NCBI GenBank assembly: GCA_004524445.1
Contig: SDNP01000002.1
Location: 64,001-128,000, forward strand
Direction: 5' to 3'
Source: Candidatus Thorarchaeota archaeon
GTDB lineage: Archaea; Asgardarchaeota; Thorarchaeia; Thorarchaeales; Thorarchaeaceae
Length of the DNA stretch: 64,000 nt
Part shown: piece after piece, positions 37,831 to 47,186 of the stretch
How the letters are laid out: each line of letters begins with the position of its first letter
Position numbering within the stretch: the stretch's first letter is position 1
Made by a program: the position numbers and the translations under genes
Notes under the pieces: generated by a model
What the model saw: the letters and a program-made list of their open reading frames with translations, nothing else
Database searches by the model: none
Told to the model about the DNA's origin: nothing

Positions 37831-38676
37831 TTATCTGTTAGAATCAAGGTTGATATCAAAGACCATATGACTAACGCCCGGTGAATACTTCTTAATCGGT
37901 CTGGAAGAAATTTTGGCCATGAATCCATATTCTGAAGATTCAGTAATAATTGTATTACGGATTTTCCTCTCATCATTTCCATGTACTAAGCTGTGCATAT
38001 GGATAATCCCGCCCCGGAATCGTAATCCATTCAACGCATGTGGCAAATAATCAACTGTATCATGTAGATATCCCATCACAATTCTATCCGCATCCCTAAA
38101 TGTCACATCTCTGCAGTCTCCTAATACTGCCGTCATATTCTCATGAACCTCATTCATTCTGATGTTCTGACATAGGAAATCGTATGCCAAGTCATTAATA
38201 TCAATGGCCAAGACATTTGCCCCTGAATGAAAAGCTATTGGCAATGAAAACTGGCCGACACAAGCAAACATGTCAACAACATGCTCATCTGAACTAACCT
38301 GCTGAGAGAGAAAAATTCTCTCATTCACATTGCCTCGAGAAAATGTAATTCGCATCGGATTGAGTTTGAATTCTATCCCGTTCTCGGTATGAGTTGTTGT
38401 TGTGTTCTTACTACCAGCCACTAGTTTGTAGTTCGGAATTCGTTTTTGACCACGTGTTGGCCCCATTCTTACTCCAACGGATTTGGATCTAGACTCAAAT
38501 TCTAATGTGAGCTCTCCAATAACATCTGCCAAAGGTAGTAGATCGGGGTGAATACTCAATAGCACCACGTGACCGATTAATTGATACCCCTTGGGAAGCT
38601 TAGCAGGGTCCTCTATAGAATTGCCAATCGCATTCACTAAGAAATCATAATATTTCATGCTCTCAACTTCAATCAA
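37831..38676 (-). CDS. Trm5/Tyw2 (Met-10+) family SAM-dependent tRNA modification enzyme
   Basis: YQLIGHV, HTENG, FSRGNVNER, VVDMFACVGQFSLP, ADRIVMGY, KKYSPG. Confidence 0.85.
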   Translation of the reverse strand: MIEVESMKYYDFLVNAIGNSIEDPAKLPKGYQLIGHVVLLSIHPDLLPLADVIGELTLEFESRSKSVGVRMGPTRGQKRIPNYKLVAGSKNTTTTHTENGIEFKLNPMRITFSRGNVNERIFLSQQVSSDEHVVDMFACVGQFSLPIAFHSGANVLAIDINDLAYDFLCQNIRMNEVHENMTAVLGDCRDVTFRDADRIVMGYLHDTVDYLPHALNGLRFRGGIIHMHSLVHGNDERKIRNTIITESSEYGFMAKISSRPIKKYSPGVSHMVFDINLDSNR

Positions 38677-38694
38677 GGAAAACGATTGCTGATT

Positions 38695-39906
38695 TTAGCC
38701 GTACATATGCGATTTAATCTCGTTAGCTCTTCCTCTATTCCTGACTTTCTCTATGGCCATTCTAAAGTCAGTCTGAGTGACATATCCGCGTTCAGCTCGA
38801 ATTGCAAACATACCTGCTTCAGTGACAATTGCCTTCAAATCAGCTCCAGTAGTTCCCCGAGTCGCTGAAACAAGCTGATTATAATCGACATCAGAATCTA
38901 CAGTTAGTGGCCTAGTATGAATCTTGAAGATTTCTTTTCGACCCTTTTCATCAGGTTTTGGAAAGTCTATGATTCTGTCGAATCTCCCAGGACGGAGCAA
39001 AGCCGGATCCAAAATGTCGGGTCTATTTGTGGCACCCAAAATTGCAACTTGACCTCGACTTTCAAATCCATCTAATTCGCTCAGAAGCTGCATCAAGGTT
39101 CTCTGAACCTCTCGGTCTCCAGATGTTGCTATGTCCAGCCTTTGTGAACCTACAGCATCGAGCTCATCAATAAACACTATTGCTGGAGATTTCTCTTTGG
39201 CCAACATGAATATCTCTCGCACCAAACGAGCACCTTCTCCAATGAACTTCTGAACAAGTTCCGATCCAATGACACGAATAAATGTCGCATTTGTCTGATG
39301 CGCAACTGCTCTCGCACTCAATGTCTTGCCTGTTCCTGGCGGGCCTGTAAGTAAGACACCTCTGGGAGGCTCAATTCCAATTTGTTCAAACAACTCGGGT
39401 TTCAGCAGGGGATACTCGACAGTTTCTTGTATCTCTCTGAGCTGCTCCTCTAGGCCACCAATATCTACATATGACACTTGAGGTTTCTCTTCAATCTCCA
39501 TCGCACGAATGAGTGGATCTCTCGAAGGAGGGAGTTCTTGTGTTACTGCAAACGATCTTTGATTGAGGGCAACACGCGTTCCAGATTGTAACTTCTCACT
39601 CGATATAGAAGATGAAACATGAACAACAAAATTTGGTCCAGTTGAGCTTTTCACTATTGCTCGACCATCTTCAAGCATTTCGACAATGGTAGCCGTAATC
39701 AATGGCGATTGTCTTAGCTTCTCCAGTTCTGTCCTAAGAGTTTGAGTCTCCTTCTCAAGCCTACTACATTCGGCGTGGAGGATTTGCTTCTCTGTTTCCA
39801 GTGCTCTAAGACGTCTCTCCAAATGTCGAGCATAGCTCTGTGAATATGAAGAGTCCTCGACGCCACCATCTTCTTTTGCATCAGTACTACCTGGCAATCG
39901 ATGCAC
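38695..39906 (-). CDS. pan: Proteasome-activating nucleotidase
   Basis: Coiled coil, KSSTGP OB domain, [27 protein letters not shown]-terminal HbYX (MYG). Confidence 0.97.
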   Translation of the reverse strand: MHRLPGSTDAKEDGGVEDSSYSQSYARHLERRLRALETEKQILHAECSRLEKETQTLRTELEKLRQSPLITATIVEMLEDGRAIVKSSTGPNFVVHVSSSISSEKLQSGTRVALNQRSFAVTQELPPSRDPLIRAMEIEEKPQVSYVDIGGLEEQLREIQETVEYPLLKPELFEQIGIEPPRGVLLTGPPGTGKTLSARAVAHQTNATFIRVIGSELVQKFIGEGARLVREIFMLAKEKSPAIVFIDELDAVGSQRLDIATSGDREVQRTLMQLLSELDGFESRGQVAILGATNRPDILDPALLRPGRFDRIIDFPKPDEKGRKEIFKIHTRPLTVDSDVDYNQLVSATRGTTGADLKAIVTEAGMFAIRAERGYVTQTDFRMAIEKVRNRGRANEIKSHMYG

Positions 39907-40066
39907 CTCGACCTCACTTTCTATAGTATCGATTTAAGGATATCCTTAACGTTCACCATTTTTTGTATCAGGGTTTCAATTCTCTACATAATGTTATTTT
40001 CACATTCCATTTTCGTAATACCAGTATTACAATACAGGGGAGAAATGTTTTACAAAAGGAATGAGA

Positions 40067-40162
40067 TGGAGCCCCAGGCGAGAGTTGAACTCGCGATCTC
40101 CTGATTACAAGTCAGGCGCAGTTTCGACCTGCATAAGCAGTAGGCCGCTTTGCTACTGGGGC
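40067..40162 (-). tRNA. tRNA-Thr(TGT) with 19-nt D-loop intron (40123-40141)
   Basis: GCCCCAG/CTGGGGC, CCTGA-CTTGTAA-TCAGG, CCA; BHB helix CGGC/GTCG around CTGC-TTAT-GCAG. Confidence 0.9.
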
Positions 40163-40479
40163 ACAATTGCTCTCCTCATGGTATGTGTTATAGAGTTTTC
40201 GTAGTATCAAATAACTCGCTTCAGAATACCACTGGAATTAAGGATATTGAGGATAAAAAGGAATATTCGGGACGGATTTTCTGATTCTATGAGATTACTA
40301 GTGGTATATTAGGCACATGTTTATGAAGCCCTAAGCTTCAGTAAGTAATAGAAAGAAGTATCATTGAGTCCGATGAGTGTGACATCAGGGTCATACAAAC
40401 CCTCAATGCCTATAAGAAATCTAAAATAGTATACATAGGATTCCATCTTCTGTGGATATGTACTAGTAGGTGACGCCAA

Positions 40480-41499
40480 TTGCAAACCCCTTACAGCGAA
40501 TTTACGAGGTTCATCTTTGAATTATTTCAGAATCTAACTGATATCTTCCAACCACTTGGAATTCCTTTTGGCCCAATTGCATGGTTCTATATAATCACAG
40601 TTGCACCCTTATTTGTAATCATACTAGTACTGGTTGTGCGGAAACGTGGTGCTGCAAAAGACGATGTGACACAAGGTATTCAAAGAATTATTGCATCAAC
40701 TGGTGACGTTTCCAGCGGCATATCAGGGACAAAGAAACTAGGATTTATCACAAGCCCCTCTGACGCCCTTGTTTTCCTAAAAATAGAAGAAAATGCAATC
40801 AAGCAAGCTCTATCTGCAGCTGAATACTACTCAAATCAAGGCGATCTTGACTCCGAGATTGCGGATAAAATCGCCACTGTCTACAACAATAGACTTGCTG
40901 CTGTGCAAACAGCAATCGCTAAGGACCAAGACCTAAAGGATATTGTCGATGCAGATACAGCTATTGACAAAGCAAGATCTGACTATTTACAGAAGCTGGC
41001 AGCGATGTCTGGAACTGCTGTGGAATCAGATACGGAAGAAGCAGGCCCACCAAGTGTTGGCCCTCCAACTTCAGCAGCTGAACCTACCTCACCAGTAGAA
41101 CCAGCGGAAGCCGGTCCTCCATCAGGCGGTCCCCCAGGCGGTGCCGCACCAAGTGCAGGCCCACCAGGTGGTGCACCTAGCGGAGGCCCGCCGAGTGGCG
41201 GCCCACCCAGCGGAGGTCCCCCAACTGGAGGTCCACCTACTGGCAGTGCCCCTTCCAGTGGAGTCCCGCCGGGCGGGGACACTCCTAGTGCTGAACCCCC
41301 AAGCGGTGCCGCACCAAGTGCAGGCCCACCAGGTGGTGTACCAAGCAGTGCTCCACCGACTGCAGAAGCCGCACCGGCTGAAATGGCTGCTGCCCCAGAT
41401 ACGGTCGCCAAACCTTCTACCAGTGGAAGTAAAAGCTCACTACAATCTGAGATGCTAGCTGAAATGGAACGTCTTAAGGCCCTTATGAGTGGCGATTAA
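40480..41499 (+). CDS. Membrane-anchored coiled-coil protein with (GGPPS)n Pro/Gly-rich tract and C-terminal helix
   Basis: TM helix followed by RKR, helical middle, GPPSGGPP repeats, terminal SLQSEMLAEMERLKALM. Confidence 0.8.
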   Translation: MQTPYSEFTRFIFELFQNLTDIFQPLGIPFGPIAWFYIITVAPLFVIILVLVVRKRGAAKDDVTQGIQRIIASTGDVSSGISGTKKLGFITSPSDALVFLKIEENAIKQALSAAEYYSNQGDLDSEIADKIATVYNNRLAAVQTAIAKDQDLKDIVDADTAIDKARSDYLQKLAAMSGTAVESDTEEAGPPSVGPPTSAAEPTSPVEPAEAGPPSGGPPGGAAPSAGPPGGAPSGGPPSGGPPSGGPPTGGPPTGSAPSSGVPPGGDTPSAEPPSGAAPSAGPPGGVPSSAPPTAEAAPAEMAAAPDTVAKPSTSGSKSSLQSEMLAEMERLKALMSGD

Positions 41500-41599
41500 A
41501 CAAAAACAGAATGATGGACAATTTTCCCGATATAGGAACATGATATCCAGAAAATCTCCCAAGTGGTAGTTATTAGCAATTGCATGACCAAGGTAATGT

Positions 41600-41806
41600 A
41601 TGGAGCCAGCTCAACGTCGAATCATAGGCGATAATGTCTATCATCTTGCCAAAATATTTGAGCATGGTACTGAAGCCGTTCGACTTGCAAGACATCTCAA
41701 AAAAAGGAATCATGTGATTCTGTCGAGAACGTCAAACGGGGAGTGGGCAGTATATCACAGGCCCAAATCCAAAAGCAAAGAAATATCCTTGGAGTCCATG
41801 CATTAG
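41600..41806 (+). CDS. Small basic hypothetical protein
   Basis: 68 aa ORF with AAGG upstream; fills the intergenic gap. Confidence 0.5.
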   Translation: MEPAQRRIIGDNVYHLAKIFEHGTEAVRLARHLKKRNHVILSRTSNGEWAVYHRPKSKSKEISLESMH

Positions 41807-41874
41807 TTTTTATTCCACTCATTGGTTCAATTCTTGAACACGGATAGCATTGACTAATGGTTTAGGGAGAAAGA

Positions 41875-42558
41875 ATGATGTCGAAAGCAAAACAGGAAGC
41901 TGCAATGAGTGCATTAAATGTGGTTCCAGATAGTGGAGCTATTGGTCTTGGTAGTGGCTCTACAGTGGCAATATTCGCGAAAGAGCTTGGAAAAAAAATT
42001 GGTCAAGGCCAAGTTGACATCAAAGTTGTTCCCAGCTCCTATCAAGCATATCAGCTTGCGATTAGACACTCCATCCCCCTTACAAATCTAGATTTAAATC
42101 CCCTTCTTTCAATCACAGTGGATGGTGCTGATGAAGTAGACAAAAATCTGAACTTGACAAAAGGCGGTGGAGGAGCTCTTTTTCAAGAGAAAATAGTGGC
42201 TTCTGCTTCTGATGAACTACATATTATAGTCGACGAATCAAAATTGGTAGATAACTTATCAACTAAATTACCAATTCCCATAGAAGTACTTCCTTTCTCT
42301 CTTGGAGTAGTCAAAAGAAAAATCGAAGCAATGAGTATTCAAGTGAAAGTTAGAGAAGCAAAGAGGAAAATGGGGCCTGTTATAACTGATAATGGAAACT
42401 TCATTCTCGATTTGAAATTCGCCAAACCAATAGAAGAACCCGGAGAAATTGCTACACAACTAAAGATGATCCCTGGGGTTATTGAAACAGGTTTGTTTAT
42501 GGGAATGACCACCCAAGTTCATGTCGGCACAGAAACACAATCATACATTTTGGAATGA
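41875..42558 (+). CDS. rpiA: Ribose-5-phosphate isomerase A
   Basis: IGLGSGST, DGADEVD, KGGGGAL, EKIVA, ITDNGN, PGVIETGLF. Confidence 0.97.
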   Translation: MMSKAKQEAAMSALNVVPDSGAIGLGSGSTVAIFAKELGKKIGQGQVDIKVVPSSYQAYQLAIRHSIPLTNLDLNPLLSITVDGADEVDKNLNLTKGGGGALFQEKIVASASDELHIIVDESKLVDNLSTKLPIPIEVLPFSLGVVKRKIEAMSIQVKVREAKRKMGPVITDNGNFILDLKFAKPIEEPGEIATQLKMIPGVIETGLFMGMTTQVHVGTETQSYILE

Positions 42559-42571
42559 ATCAAACTGTAGA

Positions 42572-42679
42572 TGGCGGGCCCGCCCGGATTCGAACCGGGG
42601 AAAACTTGCTTAGGAGGCAAGTGCCCTATGGGCCGACATAGGGAACAAACCCTAACATTCCCGGCTAGGCCACGGGCCC
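42572..42679 (-). tRNA. tRNA-Arg(CCT) with 30-nt D-loop intron (19/20; 42630-42659)
   Basis: GGGCCCG/CGGGCCC, CTTGC-CTCCTAA-GCAAG, CCA; BHB helix GCCG/CGGC. Confidence 0.9.
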
Positions 42680-42728
42680 TTCGATGCGTCGAAATCCCAA
42701 GTTGCTGTTAAACGTTTTGCGCTCTCGC

Positions 42729-44009
42729 TTATTGCGCTACCTTTGCAGATATTTCAGCACCTTCTTCCATGGCGTCAACTAACATGCTACCCTGCCTAGT
42801 CTTAATGCGTATTGAACTCTCACCATTTTTCCCAATCACAGTGGTAAAGAGATAGATGTCATCTGCATAAATCTCCAACCGCTGTTTAGCGTATTTTCTA
42901 CCAGCATACACCTTTACTTTCTTTTTTGAGTAACTGACAGAAACTGGCACGGTCTGTCCAGGAACCCCTCTGTACCTTGATCTGTCTTGTTTACCTGTTC
43001 TTGGACTACCACCTTTCACAGGCACAACTACCTTCTCGCCGCCAAAGGTAAAAATCTCATATTCTAGCCATCCTTGCTCAAAATCTCTTACCTCAATGAC
43101 GGGTCTAGCGAGGTCTCTTTTGGAACTACTCATACCCGTTGGCAATTTTACCTTAAGGGAAAGCGAAACCACTTTGGCAACCAACCCCGCCTCGATATGA
43201 ATGACGGTATCTACTGTACTAGGTAGTTGACCGAGTTCAACACGTCCTCCCAACATCAATCTCTGAATCGCGTCTATTGGTGAGCCCGCATGAACTACAC
43301 CAACCATACCAACTCCAGCTGATCTCAAATCAGAGTACGCCTGAAAATCTGCATCCTTTCTTAGCTCGTCATATATTACATAATCAGGACGCACTAGTAG
43401 CAAGATGTCAGCTGCCTTTTCCATACTTCCGTCAAGCGGTGAATACTGCACTATCTCATCATCCACTTGCAAATCTCTTGGCTGTTCAAGTGTTTTTACG
43501 ATGTTATCTTTGGAACTATAGAATTCTGCCAATGCAGCAGAAAAAGTACTCTTTCCCGAGCCTGGTGACCCTGTTACGAGTATTCCTTCTGCTCGTGTTT
43601 CAAGTCGCTTCATAAGTTTAGTACTGAGATGGTAGTCTTCCATAGACAATTTAGTGATGGGCCTGATTGCTGAAATCTCATATTTATCAGCAAAGGGCGG
43701 CATTGCAATTGCTATACGCAAGTTTCTCAACTGCACAACTGCCGCACCATCTTCTTCAATTTCAATGAATGACTCTCTATCATACGTGGCAGTTTCAATT
43801 ATTGCTGTGGCAAGTGTGTCCAGCTCTTCGTGTGTAAGCAGCCTTTCAGAGAGCTTCACGAGACTCCAATCACCCGGTGAACCACGTTTTGCGCGAGGCG
43901 GATTATTTTCCACAAGATGTACACTCATCGTATGGTCATCAAAAAACGCGTTTAGAGTGAGTATCTCTTCTTCATAATTATCATCATCGATCCAATCATT
44001 TCTCATCAT
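42729..44009 (-). CDS. PINA-like PilT-family ATPase lacking the N-terminal PIN domain
   Basis: [73 protein letters not shown]. Confidence 0.85.
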   Translation of the reverse strand: MMRNDWIDDDNYEEEILTLNAFFDDHTMSVHLVENNPPRAKRGSPGDWSLVKLSERLLTHEELDTLATAIIETATYDRESFIEIEEDGAAVVQLRNLRIAIAMPPFADKYEISAIRPITKLSMEDYHLSTKLMKRLETRAEGILVTGSPGSGKSTFSAALAEFYSSKDNIVKTLEQPRDLQVDDEIVQYSPLDGSMEKAADILLLVRPDYVIYDELRKDADFQAYSDLRSAGVGMVGVVHAGSPIDAIQRLMLGGRVELGQLPSTVDTVIHIEAGLVAKVVSLSLKVKLPTGMSSSKRDLARPVIEVRDFEQGWLEYEIFTFGGEKVVVPVKGGSPRTGKQDRSRYRGVPGQTVPVSVSYSKKKVKVYAGRKYAKQRLEIYADDIYLFTTVIGKNGESSIRIKTRQGSMLVDAMEEGAEISAKVAQ

Positions 44010-44635
44010 TCATAATCTCCTATTTTCTGCAATTCCATTCTCGCTACAGTGTAATAGTTGACCTCTCCATTTTGGTCAACCAGAGCAAAAACAAGTTCTT
44101 TTCTGGAGGTAGCAGCTGTTTCCGTTACCAAATCTAGCTCGTTCAGGGATATGGGATTACCTTCCTTCAAGACGTATACCAACTGATTTGCAACTGAGTT
44201 CCCAGGCTTGTCGCCTCTCTCATATACTCTAAACCCAATCCCTGACCCAAACCCTGACCTAACAGCATAACCCCGACTCCTGAGGTCACGAAATACAAGA
44301 TATTTACTCCAGAGATTTTTGTCGGTTTGGGAAACTTGACTCACAATATCTTCCGCGTCCATGACATTTCCAGCAGGGGTTTCAACTACGATGCGACTTC
44401 GTTCAATCAGATGAAGCATTTCAATGGGAGACAATTCCAACTCTGCATTTGGTAGCCTCTCACCATAGAATCCTTGCTGTGAAATTCTATCAGCATCTTC
44501 TTTGCCAACTATTGCTTTTTTCCCACTAAAAATTGCTTTTGATGGTTCTTCATCCTCTGATTCTTCTTGATTCACCTCATGATTTGACTCATTTTCCGTT
44601 TCATCGAAATCATACTTGTCAGACACAATACACAC
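44006..44635 (-). CDS. endA: tRNA splicing endonuclease subunit, probably the structural (non-catalytic) beta subunit
   Basis: LSPIEMLHL, YLVFRDLRSRGYAVRSG, FRVYERG, RKELVFALVD; catalytic Tyr and His not evident. Confidence 0.8.
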   Translation of the reverse strand: MCIVSDKYDFDETENESNHEVNQEESEDEEPSKAIFSGKKAIVGKEDADRISQQGFYGERLPNAELELSPIEMLHLIERSRIVVETPAGNVMDAEDIVSQVSQTDKNLWSKYLVFRDLRSRGYAVRSGFGSGIGFRVYERGDKPGNSVANQLVYVLKEGNPISLNELDLVTETAATSRKELVFALVDQNGEVNYYTVARMELQKIGDYE

Positions 44636-44683
44636 ACATACTTGGGCGGCGTAATTAATGTGAAAAACTCTTCGACATGACAG

Positions 44684-45211
44684 ATGGTAAGAACTATAGC
44701 ATATAGAAGATATTCACTTTCTGTGATCGACCCTAAATTGACTGAACAACTCATGCAATTCTTATCGAATAGCAAAAGAGTAGCAATCTTAGGTATTGGG
44801 AACGACCTCAGAACAGACGACGGAATTGGCCCCTTTGTAGTTGAGAATCTGCAGACCAATAATGATAACGTATTGATTGAAGACGTTGGTTCCGTACCCG
44901 AGGCATTTACAAAAAGAGTCTCCGAATTTGGGGCTGATAGAGTCATCCTTATCGACGCTGCAGATATGAGAAAACCTGTGGGACATATCGAGCTCGTGAC
45001 AAAGGATCGAATTGGAGGCATCGCCATTAGCACACATAGTATGCCTCTCTCACTTTTGATGGAATATCTTGAGCAACAAACTGATGCCCAAACAATTCTG
45101 ATAGGAATTCAGCCTCAAAATATCCAATTTGGGGACCGCATGACTCCAGAATTGAAGCTCATCGGTAAGAAGCTTATTAGCATGATCGACTCTATCTTGA
45201 AAACATACTAG
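44684..45211 (+). CDS. hycI: Hydrogenase 3 maturation protease HycI-like
   Basis: ILGIGNDLRTDDGIGP, VPE, IDAADM, STHSMPL, IGIQP. Confidence 0.9.
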   Translation: MVRTIAYRRYSLSVIDPKLTEQLMQFLSNSKRVAILGIGNDLRTDDGIGPFVVENLQTNNDNVLIEDVGSVPEAFTKRVSEFGADRVILIDAADMRKPVGHIELVTKDRIGGIAISTHSMPLSLLMEYLEQQTDAQTILIGIQPQNIQFGDRMTPELKLIGKKLISMIDSILKTY

Positions 45212-45224
45212 AGAGGTAAGTACA

Positions 45225-46262
45225 ATGTACCGGACAATAGAATGGTTGGATGAAAAAAATCAGGTGCGACTAGTAGACCAAACAAAACTGCCACTGACCA
45301 AGGCATTCATCGTAACTGGAAGCCATGAGCGCATAGCGGAATCTATCAAAGTCATGGAAATCCGAGGTGCTCCCGCCATAGGTGCAGCTGCAGCGATGGG
45401 AATGGCACTGGCTGCTTTGGAAAGTAACGCAGAAACCAAGAAGCAGCTAATTTCAGACTTGGAAGCTGCTGCTGAAACCCTGAACACTCGTCCCACTGCT
45501 GTGAACTTGACATGGGCGACTAATCGAATACTGCAAGTTGCAAATGCAACTGAGGGTGATGTTGAATCTATTATTGACCGACTTATTGAAGAAGCAAAGG
45601 AAGTTGCTGAAGAAGATGTACGTATGTGCAGGGCTATTGGCGAAAACGCTTTGCCCTTCATTGAATCTGGCGCCACAATCCAGACAATCTGCAATGCCGG
45701 TTCTCTGGCAACAGTCCATCTTGGCACAGTAGGTGCAGTGGTCAGAGTAGCCCATGAAGAGCATGCTGGTAATATTAGCGTATTTGCTGCAGAAACTCGT
45801 CCCCGTCAACAAGGCGCCAGATTAACGGTTTATGAATTCATGGAGGATGATATAGACACGACACTGATTACGGATGGTATGATTGGGACCGTTTTCAAAC
45901 AAGGGATGGTTGACTGTTGTGTAGTTGGCAGTGACAGAGTTCTTGGAACTGGACACGTCACCAATAAGATAGGAACCTATACTATGGCCATTACCGCGAA
46001 GCATCATGATATTCCCTTCTATGTCGTTGCTCCTACTAGTACAGTCGATATCGACAACGGACCCGAAAGCGTTGAAATCGAAGAACGTGATCCAGATGAG
46101 ATACGCATCATCAATGGAGAGTACGTGACCCGACCCGATGCCAAGGTCTACAACCCTGCATTTGACATAACGCCCCCTGAACTCATCACGGCAATCATCA
46201 CTGAGAAGGGAGTTGTAGAGAATCCCACTAGAGCAAAGATGAGGGAGATGTACGAGAAATAG
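45225..46262 (+). CDS. mtnA: Methylthioribose-1-phosphate isomerase (eIF2B-like family)
   Basis: DQTKLP, MEIRGAPAIG, TRPTAVNL, CNAGSLAT, ETRPRQQGARLT, NKIGTY, NPAFDITP. Confidence 0.93.
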   Translation: MYRTIEWLDEKNQVRLVDQTKLPLTKAFIVTGSHERIAESIKVMEIRGAPAIGAAAAMGMALAALESNAETKKQLISDLEAAAETLNTRPTAVNLTWATNRILQVANATEGDVESIIDRLIEEAKEVAEEDVRMCRAIGENALPFIESGATIQTICNAGSLATVHLGTVGAVVRVAHEEHAGNISVFAAETRPRQQGARLTVYEFMEDDIDTTLITDGMIGTVFKQGMVDCCVVGSDRVLGTGHVTNKIGTYTMAITAKHHDIPFYVVAPTSTVDIDNGPESVEIEERDPDEIRIINGEYVTRPDAKVYNPAFDITPPELITAIITEKGVVENPTRAKMREMYEK

Positions 46263-46389
46263 CAGACGCTATCGCTTCATCTAGTTAGTCGATTTCATAT
46301 CTAGTGAAGAATCGATCTTTCCATGCTATTCTCTGAACCGTCATTCATCAATCCCCGGGCTCTTGATTTCATGTAGTCACTAAGAAAGA

Positions 46390-46467
46390 TGGTGGGCCGC
46401 GGCGGATTTGAACCACCGATCTTCTCGGTGTAAGCGAGACATCATAGCCGGGCTAGACTAGCGGCCC
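46390..46467 (-). tRNA. tRNA-Val(TAC), intronless
   Basis: GGGCCGC/GCGGCCC, TCTCG-CTTACAC-CGAGA, GGTTCAAATCC, CCA. Confidence 0.95.
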
Positions 46468-46504
46468 TAAAATCAGTGCCGGTTTGTCCGCATAAAAGAA
46501 TTAC

Positions 46505-47182
46505 CTATTGTCTATTTCCTACTAGATGGATTTCTTGAGTCGATTCGTCCAGAACCGCTGCCTTCAAACTATGAAATCCCATGCTTTGGACTTGTTTCAC
46601 TAGCTGTTTTTGATTATCGCTTGTTGTCTGAAACTTGAAGGCAGCAATCAGTATTCCTCCCGATTTCAAGACGGAACGATAAGATGCAATGAGTTCCAAC
46701 GTTCCTTGCACGTCCGTGGTCACATCAATCAACAACACATCAAACTGCTCCTCCTCAAAGATTCTCTTAGGTTCCAGTTCAAATGCATTGCCAACAATGA
46801 GTGACAACGTTTCGTTTTTCTGGATAATGGGTATCAGCATTTCCACAAATTGCTCGGAAATCTCGATGGCGGTAACTCTCAGACCTCTGTCTTTCAAATA
46901 ATGTAGAAAGCCACCTGCAGAGCTACCGATATCAATGGCATTTGTGTCTCGATTAAACTGAACTTGCGGAAATAACTCATCCAACTTCTTGAGCTTGAAA
47001 TAACCCTCAGGATAGTCCTTTGCCTCGGGCGAAACCACGACGTTTTCTTTTCCGGTGACTCTTTTGGAAGGTTTTACTTTTTCCCCATTTACCGTCACTA
47101 ACCCTTGTTTGATTGCTCTCTTAGCCATCTGTCTTGATGAGAACCGACCAGTTTCAACCAGCCAGACATCGAAACGTGGCAT
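46505..47182 (-). CDS. TlyA-like S4-domain RNA methyltransferase
   Basis: RFDVWLV...SRQMAKRAIKQGLVTVNG S4 domain; IDIGSSAGGF. Confidence 0.85.
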   Translation of the reverse strand: MPRFDVWLVETGRFSSRQMAKRAIKQGLVTVNGEKVKPSKRVTGKENVVVSPEAKDYPEGYFKLKKLDELFPQVQFNRDTNAIDIGSSAGGFLHYLKDRGLRVTAIEISEQFVEMLIPIIQKNETLSLIVGNAFELEPKRIFEEEQFDVLLIDVTTDVQGTLELIASYRSVLKSGGILIAAFKFQTTSDNQKQLVKQVQSMGFHSLKAAVLDESTQEIHLVGNRQ

Positions 47183-47186
47183 ACAA

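Larger units (their letters stand above)
25180..40030. repeat. Dispersed tandem GTAWTAC-NN-GTAWTAC arrays (about 15 sites)
   Basis: Sites at 25180, 27433, 28074, 28864, 29932-29956, 30523, 31018, 32124, 32865, 33450, 34423, 34915, 36213, 37943, 40015; units spaced with a 9-bp period. Confidence 0.85.

Noticed and set aside
25180-40030. GTAWTAC arrays or AGAACACGTGTTCT palindromes as a CRISPR array
   Set aside because: Units are too short and irregularly spaced, with no repeat-spacer periodicity and no cas operon.
40369-40400. Hammerhead ribozyme
   Set aside because: Core reads CCGATGA...CAAAC instead of CTGANGA...GAAA, and stems I/III are not evident.
40983-41458. Alternative-frame ORFs over the Pro/Gly repeat
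   Set aside because: Shadow ORFs caused by GC-rich low-complexity sequence.
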